From Promethearchaeota archaeon (GTDB taxonomy: Archaea > Asgardarchaeota > Hermodarchaeia > Hermodarchaeales > Hermodarchaeaceae): a DNA stretch of 64,000 bases. Below are positions 1-12,100 of the stretch, piece after piece. Below the pieces are notes generated by a model. The model had not been told where the DNA came from, did not search any database, and saw nothing but the letters and a program-made list of their open reading frames with translations. The stretch is taken from positions 32,001-96,000 of the forward strand of contig JBHLPH010000005.1 of assembly GCA_048939625.1 (NCBI GenBank), given 5' to 3'. Position 1 is the first letter of the stretch; each line of letters begins with the position of its first letter. Position numbers and translations under genes: made by a program.

Positions 1-935
1 CATTCGGCGAATTCAAGATACAGTTCGGTTTGCACATCGGTGGCAAATTTTTCTAAATCGCTGAGAATCGAAAAAGAAGTCGTTTCGATTTTATCTCCAT
101 AACGGCTAAACAATGCAAATTGGGTAATATGGTCGGAGTAGTCCTCTGGTTTAGGAAATAGAGTAGCAAAGTCTGTGAAAATGAGTTCCTCCATATCCTT
201 TACAACCAAAGCAACTGATAGATTGGGGATTGGAGATTTAGCTTGTGTGTCGTGCCATTCCCAAATAAGTCGTGAGCCATCGTAGAGGGGGGAAAATTCC
301 CGAAAAATAAGGTATTCATTGTCTCCAAAAGCATATGGACCCATTTCGTGGATGCTAGCCCGACATTCACAATACGAGAGAAATTCAGCTAAATAGAGCT
401 GAGCCATTGTTCGTTTCAGCTTCGCTCTTTGATCAGTGTCAATGGGTTGTAGTTCTTGTTTGACCATATCAAGGACATTGTCGGGAAGCACACATGCCGT
501 ATCTTTGTTTTCCGCGGCAAGAGGTTTGTCACTGTCGTAGTAGCTTGTTGCCATGCGATACCAAAAATCAATCATGAACTTGGCTTGTTTACGCCGTTCA
601 GGTAATTCGTTTTTAGCTCCGCCAGCATCGAAAAGGTCTTGCATCCGGCCAAGTCCCCAGAGTCCGATAAATGCCCAGACTCCAAGGATATTTGGATAAG
701 CAGCCAAAGTGCGGCAGCGCTTTCCAATCTCTTCGGGAGAGATATGGTTTGCGAGTTTTTTGAACATATTAAATTGGTAGTCGCGGTAAATCTGGGCACA
801 TGCTACACTATTATATGCTGTGACTGGAAAAAGTTTGGATTCAAGGGCTGTGCGTTGGGAGAGTAAGTAGGTGCTGGCATCACTTGCCCGGCGGAGGAGT
901 GTGTTCGCTTCTTGGGTGCTGATATCACCTATCAT
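1..935 (-). CDS. Uncharacterised protein (3'-truncated by window edge), putative partner of the split dikinase module
   Basis: Absent from the ORF track. Hand translation from the ATG at 935 is open to base 1: MIGDISTQEANTLLRRASDASTYLLSQRTALESKLFPVTAY...FLSYCECRASIHEMGPY...; TATA-like TTAAAT about 45 nt upstream. Confidence 0.85.
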   Translation of the reverse strand, partial: MIGDISTQEANTLLRRASDASTYLLSQRTALESKLFPVTAYNSVACAQIYRDYQFNMFKKLANHISPEEIGKRCRTLAAYPNILGVWAFIGLWGLGRMQDLFDAGGAKNELPERRKQAKFMIDFWYRMATSYYDSDKPLAAENKDTACVLPDNVLDMVKQELQPIDTDQRAKLKRTMAQLYLAEFLSYCECRASIHEMGPYAFGDNEYLIFREFSPLYDGSRLIWEWHDTQAKSPIPNLSVALVVKDMEELIFTDFATLFPKPEDYSDHITQFALFSRYGDKIETTSFSILSDLEKFATDVQTELYLEFAE

Positions 936-1005
936 GGCATCTCAACTCATGGAAAATAGGATGCCTGGATGTTGCATTTAAGGATTCTAGTGCGACCAGC
1001 ATTAG

Positions 1006-4000
1006 CTAAAGCCGTTCATCGAGTTCGCGAAGTTGTTCCAGCATTTTCAGGCGGTCCGTAATATCACGGCAAATACCTCGGAATCCAAGAAGTTCGCTAG
1101 ACTCATTGAAAATTGGGCGACCACGGGCTTCAAGAACCACATCGGATTCGTCTCTGTGGACCATCTGGATGACGATTGTACGAATTGGTCGTCGTCTTTC
1201 TTTGAGTTCAGCCCATGTATTTTGTGCTCGTTTCACATCTTCAGGACGTAGGAAGTCGCAGGGGGTTCGTCCAAGCACTTGTCCTGCAGAAAATCCGATG
1301 ATGTCTTCGACAGCATTATTCGTGTAGACGAATTTCCCAGAAATATCCATTTCCCAAACCCAGTCTGAAAGGTCTTCAACAAGCGCTCGGTATCGTTCCT
1401 CTGATTCTTTTAGTGCAGCTTCCGCTTCTTTTCTTTCGGTGATATCTATATAAGCTGCTTGAACAGCTGGTTCGCCTTGGTACTCGATTCGATGAGCAAA
1501 AATTTCCACCCACACAATGGTCCCATCTTTTTTCATCAATCGATACTCGTATTGATTCGGAACGTCTTTGCCCATCAATCTGTTTTCAGCGCGGTTAATT
1601 ACTAACTCACGGTCTGCGGGATGAATTAATTCTTGGATTTTCCTTGGTGTCATTGCAAGGAGTTCCTCGATAGTGTAGCCAAGCATATCTGAGAAGGCTT
1701 CGTTGGCAAAGAAAAAGCGGAGAGGAGGACCCCGGGAGATTAGAATTCCAAAGAGGGATTGTTCTACAAGGGTGCGGTATTTTTCTTCGGATTCTTTGAT
1801 TGCTTGGTCAGCTCGGATGCGTTCTGTCACATCTGTGAGTGTTACCTGGATTGCTGGTTTTCCTTGGTAATCGATTATTTTCACCCAGATTTCTACCCAC
1901 TGAATAGTTCCTTCAATTGACATCACACGTATTTCATATCGATCTTGTACCTTCTTTCCTGCAAAGCGATCCTGCATACGTTGTTGTATCCATGTAACAT
2001 CTTCTGGATGAACACGATCCCAAAACGCGTTGGGTGGCATATCTAAGAGTTCATCTTGGGTGATATCGACCACCTCTTTCATTTGTGGGTTAGCAAACAC
2101 AATATGATCGTCTTGAATGATAAGTATCCCTTGGAGGGATTGATCGACTAAGGCGCGATATTTAGCCTCTGATTCTTTCAATGCAGTTTCGCTATGTTTA
2201 CGATCCGTGATGTCCTCCAGTGTTCCTTCATAACACTCAATTTTACCGCTCTTATCACGAATAGCTCGTGCAGAAAGGTTGACCCAGATTGTTGTTCCAT
2301 CTTCCCGTTTGAATTCAGCTTCGATTCCTGTCACAACATCTTCAAGGGCTACGGCAGCTTCCCAGTGTTTCCGTTCTTCAGGATCAAGATAGAAGCTCGA
2401 GGCCTTTCGTTTTAAAAGTGGTTCTTTGGTATCAAAGCCTAACATTTCAGTTAAGGCGGGATTAGCATCCAGGATGGTGCCATCGGGAGTTGTTCGGAAT
2501 AATCCAACTGGAACGCTATCGAAAAGGTGACGATATCGGGCTTCAGCTTCCTTCCGTTCACTGATGTCTCGAATGACTCCAAGAAACGCGGATGCTTTGC
2601 CTTCTGCATCTTTGAGAAGGGTAGCATTGAGTTCAGCAGGATAAGTGGTTCCATCTTTTCGCAATAAGTGATATTCAAGTGTCCCTGACGTTCCCTCTTC
2701 CAAGGTTTTTTCCATGTTTTTCATGGCGATTGGTATGTCATCTGGAGAAATCAACTCGAAGGCGTTCACACCGATTAAATCGGCTTCTGTTTTAACACCA
2801 TACAATTGGAGCGCCTGTTGATTAACCATTGTGATTTTGCCTTCAAGATTCGTTACCGTGATAGCATCTGGTGATGTTTCAACTAGGGTTCGATATTTTT
2901 CCTCGCTTTCCTTTAAAGCGATTTCAGCTTGTTTTCTTTCAGAAATATCTCTTGCTGCACTTTGTATATGAAGGGGCGTGCCATCAGCATCAGTGACTAA
3001 AGCTGCATTGATTTCAACTGGGAACTCATCACCGGTTTTTTTCCTAAAAACCCTTTCATAAACAGGTACAAGATCGCCGGCAAGTAAAGCGCGTAACACC
3101 CGTTTACTGTCCTCATATTCGCCTTCTGCTACGATATTATTAACTGGCAGTCCAATGAGTTCATCCAAAGTATAGCCAAGCATCTCTGCGGCTCGTTGAT
3201 TAGCTTCAAGAGTCTTCATATCAAGTGAGATGATAAATACTGCATCGTGAGTGTGCTCAAAAAGCGCACGATACCTGCGTTCTCTTTCTTTAAGGGCTTG
3301 TTCGGCTTGAATTCTTTCAGTGATATCCTCGAGAGAGCCTTCATAATATTGAATGGCACCGGATTCGTCTTTCTTAGCTCGGAAACTGTCATGAACCCAG
3401 ATGCGTTTACCATCTAGCCGTTTGAATTGTACATCATGGCCAGTAATGATATCTTCAGTCCCAAGTTTTGCTTCATATTGTACGCGTTCCTGCCGGTCGA
3501 CATAGAAATCAGAGGCGTTCATTTTCAGCAGGGTTTCCTTATCCTTTGCTCCAAGAAGCTCAATAAGGGCGGGATTCGCATCAATGATATCTCCTTCTAT
3601 AGTTGTACGGTAGAGTCCAATGGGAAGTTCATCGAATAGACCTCGATATCGGGCTTCGGATTCTTGGAGTTTGATATCAGCTTCTTGCCGTTCAGTGATG
3701 TCAAGAAAGGTTGCTTGAACAGCTGGCTTTCCATTATATTCGGTAACAGATACAAACATTTCAAGCCAGCGTTCTTCTCCACCCTTTTTGATTGCTTTAA
3801 ACTGATAATGAGAAGGAACAGATTTACCTTTAAGACGATCACGCATTCGACCCCAAACACGAGCTTGATAATCAGGGTGAACTCTGGCTTGAACTTCTTC
3901 TGGGGATAGGGATAGGATTTCATCAATTGTATAGCCACTAATGTCAGCAAAAGCTTGATTTGAAAAGACGACCTGCATGTCTTGAATGATGATGAGCCCT

Positions 4001-4437
4001 TGGAGTGAGTGGTCAACAAGGTCTTGGTAGGCTTGAGCAACCTGTTTTTGATCGGTTATCTCTGACACCATTGCTAGAATCGCTGGTTTTTCATTTATTG
4101 TTATGGCCTTTGGGAGTACCTGCAACCATTGTTCTTCCCCTTTCTTGTCTTTGATGCGAATATCGTAAAATTTGGTCTTGATTTCTCCTCCCTCAACAGA
4201 TTTCAATCTGCGACCCGCTTCTAGTTTATCTGCATCTGCAACAAATTGAAGGAAGTCATCAGATGTCATTTTATGGAGATCTTGAAGGGAGTAATCGATG
4301 AGTTTAGCCAATTCGCTGTTGGCAAATAGGACTTTGTCTTCTTGAAAGACGATTATGCCAATAGGTGATTTTGTGGCTATTTCCTCATAGATTTTTAAAT
4401 TAGAGTTTGTGGTTGAAGAGGGCTCATCCGAGGGCAT
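1006..4437 (-). CDS. Multi-PAS sensor protein (9 PAS/PAC repeats, no kinase or other output domain)
   Basis: Nine repeats of the form (L/I)KESExxYRxL...DITER(K); the protein ends about 12 aa after the last DITDR; GGTGA upstream. Confidence 0.93.
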   Translation of the reverse strand: MPSDEPSSTTNSNLKIYEEIATKSPIGIIVFQEDKVLFANSELAKLIDYSLQDLHKMTSDDFLQFVADADKLEAGRRLKSVEGGEIKTKFYDIRIKDKKGEEQWLQVLPKAITINEKPAILAMVSEITDQKQVAQAYQDLVDHSLQGLIIIQDMQVVFSNQAFADISGYTIDEILSLSPEEVQARVHPDYQARVWGRMRDRLKGKSVPSHYQFKAIKKGGEERWLEMFVSVTEYNGKPAVQATFLDITERQEADIKLQESEARYRGLFDELPIGLYRTTIEGDIIDANPALIELLGAKDKETLLKMNASDFYVDRQERVQYEAKLGTEDIITGHDVQFKRLDGKRIWVHDSFRAKKDESGAIQYYEGSLEDITERIQAEQALKERERRYRALFEHTHDAVFIISLDMKTLEANQRAAEMLGYTLDELIGLPVNNIVAEGEYEDSKRVLRALLAGDLVPVYERVFRKKTGDEFPVEINAALVTDADGTPLHIQSAARDISERKQAEIALKESEEKYRTLVETSPDAITVTNLEGKITMVNQQALQLYGVKTEADLIGVNAFELISPDDIPIAMKNMEKTLEEGTSGTLEYHLLRKDGTTYPAELNATLLKDAEGKASAFLGVIRDISERKEAEARYRHLFDSVPVGLFRTTPDGTILDANPALTEMLGFDTKEPLLKRKASSFYLDPEERKHWEAAVALEDVVTGIEAEFKREDGTTIWVNLSARAIRDKSGKIECYEGTLEDITDRKHSETALKESEAKYRALVDQSLQGILIIQDDHIVFANPQMKEVVDITQDELLDMPPNAFWDRVHPEDVTWIQQRMQDRFAGKKVQDRYEIRVMSIEGTIQWVEIWVKIIDYQGKPAIQVTLTDVTERIRADQAIKESEEKYRTLVEQSLFGILISRGPPLRFFFANEAFSDMLGYTIEELLAMTPRKIQELIHPADRELVINRAENRLMGKDVPNQYEYRLMKKDGTIVWVEIFAHRIEYQGEPAVQAAYIDITERKEAEAALKESEERYRALVEDLSDWVWEMDISGKFVYTNNAVEDIIGFSAGQVLGRTPCDFLRPEDVKRAQNTWAELKERRRPIRTIVIQMVHRDESDVVLEARGRPIFNESSELLGFRGICRDITDRLKMLEQLRELDERL

Positions 4438-4620
4438 TTACTTTCACCACTTATGAGCTTGGTGTAGAAAGTAGCAAGGTTTCGTAGATCTTTCGTTCCC
4501 CAAGCTTCGCTGAAGCCTGACGATACTCTATTGAAGATGCCATATATCTGCTTCGCTGATGTGAAATGTTGATGATTGATATTGAGATGGACTAAACAAT
4601 AGAAAATCAATTAACTGATG

Positions 4621-5625
4621 TCAAATTGTCGTGATTGGTCGGGTTTGGAGAATCACAAATTGATCCTTCTGAAGTGTCCATTCGATGTCTTGTGGATGTC
4701 CCATATGTTCTTCGATTTGCATACCAAGTCTAGCCAAACTAATAATTTCAGAATCCGTGAGGGAGAAGATTTTACGTTGCTTCTTAGGAGTTTCGATCAA
4801 CATTGTGCCTTGGGGGTGATCTCTAGGGTAGGGAGTACAGAGGAGGGCTTTTTCCCCGAGTTGGCGTTTGAGTATTTTCAAAGGGGTTTTTTGGAGAAGA
4901 AAAGAGTCGGGAATGACTTTTCCAGAAACGATGCTTTCTCCTATTCCCCATGTTGAGTCAATCATAAGTTGTTCGGAGTCATTGGTTGCAACATTTGCAG
5001 TGAACATTACACCAGAAATATCACCGATAATCATTTCTTGGACTATTACAGCCATTTGCATTTGATCGATTTTTATCCCCTTAGCTTGAAGATATAGAAG
5101 TGCCCTAGGAGAGTAAAGAGAGAGCCAAGTCATTTTCACTGCTTTAATAATACTAGGTAAGTCATGTACACAGAGAAAGGAATCAGCTTGGCCTGCGAAG
5201 GAGAAGTGTTCGCTATCTTCTGCGGTTGCTGAAGACCGAATTGCAAACCCAGTTGAGGATGGCTCGTGATGGGTGCGAAGAGAGCTAAATCCTCTACTGA
5301 TTTCCTTTTCAACTGGTTTGGGAATATCGTATTCGCTAGCAATTTTTCTGAAGGTTTCTGCTGAATGTAAAAGTTCTTCGAAGTTATTTTGCTCGAGTTG
5401 CAGCTTCTTATAAGATTCAAGATGTTTGCATTCTGAGATAAATGCGATAAAGCCCTTTATTGGAATTACAAACCCGCGTGGTATTGGAATTCCATTTTGG
5501 TGAAGTCGGGCAAGGTTAGTAGCTTTTCCACCATAAAGAGAAGGTTGATTGCTGGGAAGCTGATGCAAGAAGGAGATCTGGTAGCCAGATTGCTGATTAA
5601 GTTTCTTTGGATGATATTCCACCAA
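4621..5625 (-). CDS. Stand-alone PEP/pyruvate-binding (ATP-grasp) domain protein of PEP synthase N-terminal type
   Basis: GGKATNL, AIRSSATAED..SFAGQ, MAVIVQEMI, SGVMFT, WGIGESIVSG, PQDIEW and LQTRPIT motifs, followed directly by the stop. Confidence 0.93.
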   Translation of the reverse strand: MVEYHPKKLNQQSGYQISFLHQLPSNQPSLYGGKATNLARLHQNGIPIPRGFVIPIKGFIAFISECKHLESYKKLQLEQNNFEELLHSAETFRKIASEYDIPKPVEKEISRGFSSLRTHHEPSSTGFAIRSSATAEDSEHFSFAGQADSFLCVHDLPSIIKAVKMTWLSLYSPRALLYLQAKGIKIDQMQMAVIVQEMIIGDISGVMFTANVATNDSEQLMIDSTWGIGESIVSGKVIPDSFLLQKTPLKILKRQLGEKALLCTPYPRDHPQGTMLIETPKKQRKIFSLTDSEIISLARLGMQIEEHMGHPQDIEWTLQKDQFVILQTRPITTI

Positions 5626-5653
5626 GATACCCTCCTTAAGTAACTAAAATACC

Positions 5654-6049
5654 TCAGGATTCGGTTTCCGTGATTAGTAATAATAATCCAATCGTTCCGT
5701 TACTGGGCTCGATTCGAACCATTTGATTATTCAGATTACCATCAAAATTAATTTTTGTACCCATAAGTGCAGGAATTCCAAATTCCCGTGTCACTATAGC
5801 AAGATGAGATCCCAAAGCCCCTGATGTGCAAATAACTCCTTTTAATCGAGAGAGTACAGGAGCTAATGTGGTTGTTCCCGCATCTTCTACGAGCACAATC
5901 TTATCGCTGGTTACTCCAGAAGATTCCTCAGCTTTGAATTCTTTGAGTAATGAAAGAACATCTTCTATTGAACTAATTACTCGAAGTACGCCTTGAGCTG
6001 ATTTCTGAAGAGTTAAAAGCCCTTCTCCAATTTGCTTCATAGTTACCAC
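5654..6049 (-). CDS. Stand-alone PEP-utilising mobile (phospho-histidine swivel) domain protein
   Basis: GVICTSGALGSHLAIVTREFGIPALMG signature; probable ATG start at 6040. Confidence 0.9.
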   Translation of the reverse strand: MVTMKQIGEGLLTLQKSAQGVLRVISSIEDVLSLLKEFKAEESSGVTSDKIVLVEDAGTTTLAPVLSRLKGVICTSGALGSHLAIVTREFGIPALMGTKINFDGNLNNQMVRIEPSNGTIGLLLLITETES

Positions 6050-6144
6050 CTAAATTTAAAATCATAAGCAGGTTTTGAAACTAAAAGACTTACTGGTTAG
6101 TTAAGAGTAGTTGGGCTAATCTGATGCCTTCAAGAAAGTAGATT

Positions 6145-9100
6145 TTATGATTCGCTTGAATCAAAATCAACTTTCTTCTTTCGCTTTTGGAGTTTGGGTT
6201 TTAGTACAGGCTCTTCAAGCTGTAAACCTTTCATTCGAGCCATCAGTTTCTTTATTGTTGCTTCTCGTTCTTCAGGAGTCATGATTATCAATTGTTGGAC
6301 TAATGCATCTTTGTCATCATCACTTATTACAGAGAACTGTTCAAGTCCTTCGCGGAGTACGGCAACCAATGATGCTTGTTCGACAGGACTTAACTGGCGT
6401 TCCTCAGATGTTTTCACAGGCAGATCTTCAGCTTCAGCTTTAACGTCACCCGTCTTGAGATAATCAAAGCGACCTTCCGCCATTTGCCGTTTCATATCTT
6501 CCATGAACCAAACTCGATCTTTCGCTGGAATCTTTTTCATCTGTTCAAAGAGCTGCTCTTTTTGCTTCTCGCCAAGACCTTCAAGGTGTTCAAGTTCGAT
6601 TAAAATTGCATCATCTTCTGACCTTCGCTCTATAGGAAGTTCAGCCAGAGGGAGAACTATTGGTTGAATTTCAAGACTCGTTGCTTCATAAGAAGGTGTC
6701 ATAATTGTAATCAATTGATTGTCACGGTCTTGAATTCGATGTATATCGCCTTTTGAAAGAGAAGGAGTGTGTCCACGGTCAATTGATTTACTCATCTTCC
6801 GCATTTTTCGGACAATCCAAGGAATTGAGTAAACCCTAGCATAAGCAAGCCAAATGAGTAGAGCAATGATTAAAACGACACCAATAATTGCTCCAGCTTG
6901 AATCGCGCTTCTCGCTACGGGACTTAGACTCACAATGAGAGTAGCCGATCTTTGTGATTGGGCATATTTCGGTGCCGCAGCTGACTCGATTGTAATTGGA
7001 GATGTTCCTTCAATTAATGCAGATAAACCAGATAGCGTATAGGTTCCATCTCCATTATTTACCATTGGTCGTAACTCTAGACCAAGGCTGGGAATAGTCA
7101 CATAAAGCGTTGCATCAGAGATGATGATGTTATGATAAGTATCTCTAAACGTTACATGGAGGGTGAAGGTATCACCTGTAAAGATGGTTATTGTATCTGG
7201 TAATCCTGTGATTTCAGTAGGTACTTGTATTACATTTAATTGGAAATAGGGAGCAGTGGCGGTTTCGAAGTTATGACGAGAGAGTGATATGGAAATTCCG
7301 TACAACCCTGGAGTTACGTCTGTGAGATTGATTTGGGCTACATAGAGTTCATCGATAAATTGTAGCCTACCACTACCCAATTCCCAAGAATAAGAACCCG
7401 TAGCATTGAAAATTATATTTCCATCAGCATCTGTAAAATTGAAATAAAGCCATAGCATATCCCCACGCGGAACATCCCAAGCTGTTCCATCTAGTGGGAT
7501 GATAATTTCCGCGTCATCTAATTCGGTATAAATTTCCTCAATAATCAATGTTGTTTGACGAGGTTGGATGTTTAATCCAATTGATGTGATTGCGAATTGA
7601 TACCCTTCATGATCACAGCTGAGGGTCAGTTGGTACACACCGACGGCAAAAATATCACTTGGAAGAGAGGTATTATACCAACCAGAGATGCCTGTTGGTT
7701 GTAGTGTCCCAGAAAGATTACCCCAGTTATAATGGATTGTTGCTCCTATTATTGGCTGTAGATTATTGTCATAGAATTCAGCAAGCACGGTGAAACTATC
7801 ACCCCATTCTACAAGGATGACAGGTGTATCTGATTCAAGGTAAGCAGGCATCACAATAAGAGCAACTGAAACGGTACGGAGTTGTTCGATAACGTTTGGA
7901 TGACTTGCAGTGATATAGATTGTATATTGGCCTGCATCTAGCCCTGAAGAGTTGATTATTACGCGAAAAGTAAATCCACTCACATAAGGTATAGTCGCAT
8001 TTCCTCCAGCCCAATTAAAGTAGACCGTCGCATTTGGTAATGCAGCACCATAAATGGTGCTGAAATTAGCAGATACTTGGAAAGAGTCACCTGCCACGAT
8101 TGCTGAAGCGGGTCCTTGCACAGTTAGAGTAGAATCAATTGGGAGAATATTTAGTAAAATGATTCCAATGCTGGTTTGATAATTAGGAAGATTACTCGCT
8201 TCAATTGTTACGAGATATGTCCCAACACTCTGATTGGCAAGGAAAGAAATATTGTATATTCCACTCCCCATAAAAACCAAATTCTCCGGATTAAGTCCTG
8301 CCCAATAGTAAGTAACCTGTGTATTGTTCATTAAACGGTCATATATGTCAGTGACACGAACTGAGATATTTACCGCAGTTTGGTATTCAGTGGTCCACGG
8401 TGAACTAGAAAGCACTTCTACATGAAGTAGTAATGGATTAATGGTGAATTGAACATGTTGCTCAGCCGTATCATAGTAAGAGAGAGAATACCGTATTGTG
8501 AAATTCGCTAGACCGATATCCTCTGCAGAACTGTTAATTTGTAGTAAGTATGTGCCATCTGAAAAATTTTGAACAATTGACCAAGATGGCCAGCTCAACC
8601 ATACCATTACTGACCCACCATACAATACGACGTCATTGTCGATATCGTGGTATGTCGCATTGAGGTAGAATAAATCGCCCCAATATACGAAGCTATCGAA
8701 ATCTAATTCGAGCGTTGTTTGGATTGATCGGACATACCCACTAATTGGAAGAGAATGGTTTTGGTAATAGGGTACAACGTTAGACCATGTTACATTGACT
8801 AGGAATCGATACCAGGCGTTTACCTCGATGAAATTATGAGTGCGAATGGTTATGAGATATCCGTTTAGACCGTTATTGAGCATCGTGAGTGTGAAATTCA
8901 AACTTACTGCTGGATGCGAAGTACAGGCGAGTGTAATGTGAACATACCCGGAGACGTTATGAATTGCAGCGCTGGTTTCACTGTCATTGTAAAATATAAT
9001 GAAAGTGAGGTTCTCGAGATAGGGAACAGGCTGTGGAGGAGCGAACGAGACGTAGGTGTTCCTACCCCGTAAATTGAATTGAACAGAAATCTGTTGTGAT

Positions 9101-12100
9101 TCAAAATGGAGGGCATTCAAAGTAATTAGAATTGTATATGAGCCTGCATCTCGATTGGTGGTGTTCAGTTCAACGATATATGTTCCGTTTTGATAATCAA
9201 AAATCGTGTAATAACCAGAATCCCAATCTGCGGTGATAAAAGCCCCAAGAACATATCCTCCATGATCAGTATCAAGGTAATCTATAGTGATACTGAGATT
9301 TACTCCCCAAGGATGTGAAGAGACATATAATGGATCAGCAGCATTATCTGTTTGAATGTCTCGAAGAGTGATTCTAACTTGGAGGTTTTGACTTGCGTAA
9401 TGCAACCAGGTTAGGGTGACTTGAGTTATATACAGACCATTTCCCCGGCAAGTAGTATTGAATTGGATGAGATATGTTCCATTACCAAAAGAGAAGATGG
9501 AGTAATAACTAGCGTTCCAATTAGTCGAAATCAATGCATTTGTGACATATCCCCCGTGATCAAGATCGAGATAATTGATTCGAACCGTGACATTATCACC
9601 CCAAGGATGCGAAGGAAAGACAGTGCTGTCAGCCTCAAAGTCGGTTTGGATATTGCGGAGAATAAGATCAACTTGGAGATTCTGGCTAATATAATGAATC
9701 AAAGAAACGTTGATGTCAATTGAATGACTTCCTACATCACGACAGGTAGTATTTATTTGAACAAGATAAGTGCCATTCTCAAGATCATAGATAGTGTAGT
9801 AGCCAGCATCCCAATTTAGAGCTAACAAAGCGCCTGAGATGTAAGTTCCGTGATCAAAATCAATGTATTCGATTTTTATTGTAACATTGTCCCCCCATGG
9901 ATTTGAGGGAATGTATGCTGGATTAACAGTGTATCCTGTTTGGATATTGCGTAATGTGAGATCAACTTCAACCAGTTGACTAACATAATGCAATTTATCC
10001 AAAATAATTTCAATGGAGTGTGTACCAGTTATGCGACAAGTCGTGTTCAGTTCAATCAAGTAGGTTCCATTACCGAGATTATAGATGGTGTAATAGCTTG
10101 CATTCCAATCTACGGTAATTAGTGCGTTTAGCACAAAACTACTGTGATCTTGATCCAAATATTCAATGCGGATGGTGACGTTATCTCCCCACGGATGAGA
10201 CCAGAAATAAGCAGGATCCACGCTTATGTCCGTTAGGATATTCCTAAGGGTCAAATCAATTTCCACTACTTGTGCAACATAATGACTTCGACTGAGCATA
10301 ATCTGGATAACATGAACTCCAATTTCACGGCAGGTTGTGTTGATTACTAAAAGATAGGTTCCGTTGCCAAGCCAGTAGATGGTGTGAAAGCTTGCATTCC
10401 AATTCGTGTCAACCTCAGCGAAGGGAATGTATACTCCATGATCTAAATCTAGGTAATGGACACGAATTGTGAGGTTATCACCCCAAGGCTGTGATGGAAT
10501 GAATAAGGGGTCAGCTTGATAATTGGTCTGAATACTTCGACTAACGAAGCTTTGGAGTGTCATGAAAGTCTGATAATGGGCTTTGCTTGCATAGATGTGG
10601 AGCGTATAGCTTCCTTCCAGTCGACTTTCAGTACGAATAGTAAGAATGTATACGCCTGATGAAGGATTGTAGAGATAACCCCAATAAAACGCGTCCCAAT
10701 CACATGTGAAGGTAGCATCAGGAATTGGATTAAAGTTATCATCGGTATCATTGAAGGTTAGTGTAATTACGAGAGTGTCACCCCAAGGTACGGAGGTGCC
10801 AGGATCAACAGATGTTATGTAAAGGGCTGTTAATCGGTCTCGAACCTGGAATGAAATCGATACTTGGGCAGTATCATAATGAGTTTTTGCAAAGCCAAAA
10901 TTAATCGAATAACTCTGAGATCCAGTGGCAACTTTACTTGTGTTGAGAGTGATTGTATAGGTTCCGTTGCCATAATCATAAATCCAGTAATCCACACCCA
11001 GAATATTATCGAGCCAACTAAATTCGATTGAAGCAGCACTTATTCCGATAAATCCATGATCCGTATCATTGAAAACTAATACAATTGTAACATTTTCTCC
11101 CCAAGGTACTGAACCAGACACAGCGGAGCCAGATGCGAAGGTTTTGATTGGGCGGATTGTTATTTCGAAGTATTGATTCTGAGTTGTATAGTTAGTTCGG
11201 CTGAAGTACACCGTGACATAGAAAGTGGCCTCTGTAACATTACCCCAGAAGTTTATTGCATATGTTCCATTGAGAAAGTTTTGGATTGAATACTTACCCG
11301 ATGCATAACCCTCAACTATTACGGTTGCATCTGTGATGAAGATGGGAGTTCCTGTAACGATATCCGTGAAGTTGAAAACGACTACAAAGTCATCATCATA
11401 AGGAATTTCCGCGGTAGATCGGGGATGGTCTTTCGTCAACTGAGTAACTCGAGACTCAACGATAATTCGAATTTTGATGGTTTGAGCTGCATGCGCGCTT
11501 CGAGTAGCGTTCACATAAAGATCTGTTTGCCCTAAGCCCACAGTGGTCGAGTTGAGAATATAGTAATAGTAGCCATTCGTTGTCTCAGTGAGTGGGATTA
11601 AACTGGTGCCAATGAGAATCTGTACATTTGCCCCAGTAACACCAGTTGATGTACTTTCATTGATGTATCGGACAGTGATATTGAATAATTCATTCCAGTA
11701 GACATGCGCTGTGTAAACGTCCGTATCATTATCGAACTGAGTCCAACCGTCACTCGTTCCTGAAGGAGGATAATTAATCTGGGTTCTTTCGGCATCAAGA
11801 TTTGTAGCAAAAGAAACAATTCTAATGATTATAGTGAAGTTTTGCCATTCATACTCCCAGCTATAAGAACCGACAACACGCATAGTTACAACATATTTGA
11901 CTGCTTCAACATCTCCATATGACGAATCATACCAGATGAAGACTGTAGGGTCTACTCCATCGGGGACGAAATCTCCAGTTCCAATGAGGGTCCAGCTTGT
12001 CTCATCAGCAGGGTCTTCATAATAGGTGTAATTGACACGAACGTTATCCTTCCAAATTCCCGAGTCATTTCGAACATATGTACTAAAATATGGATCATAA

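Noticed and set aside
572-866. Track ORFs 572-799 and 639-866
   Set aside because: Shadows of the real edge-truncated ORF 935->1
4500-4620. GCTTCGCTGA direct repeat and TGATGA/CTGA boxes suggesting a C/D sRNA
   Set aside because: Guides are AT-rich with poor C'/D' boxes; only two short copies
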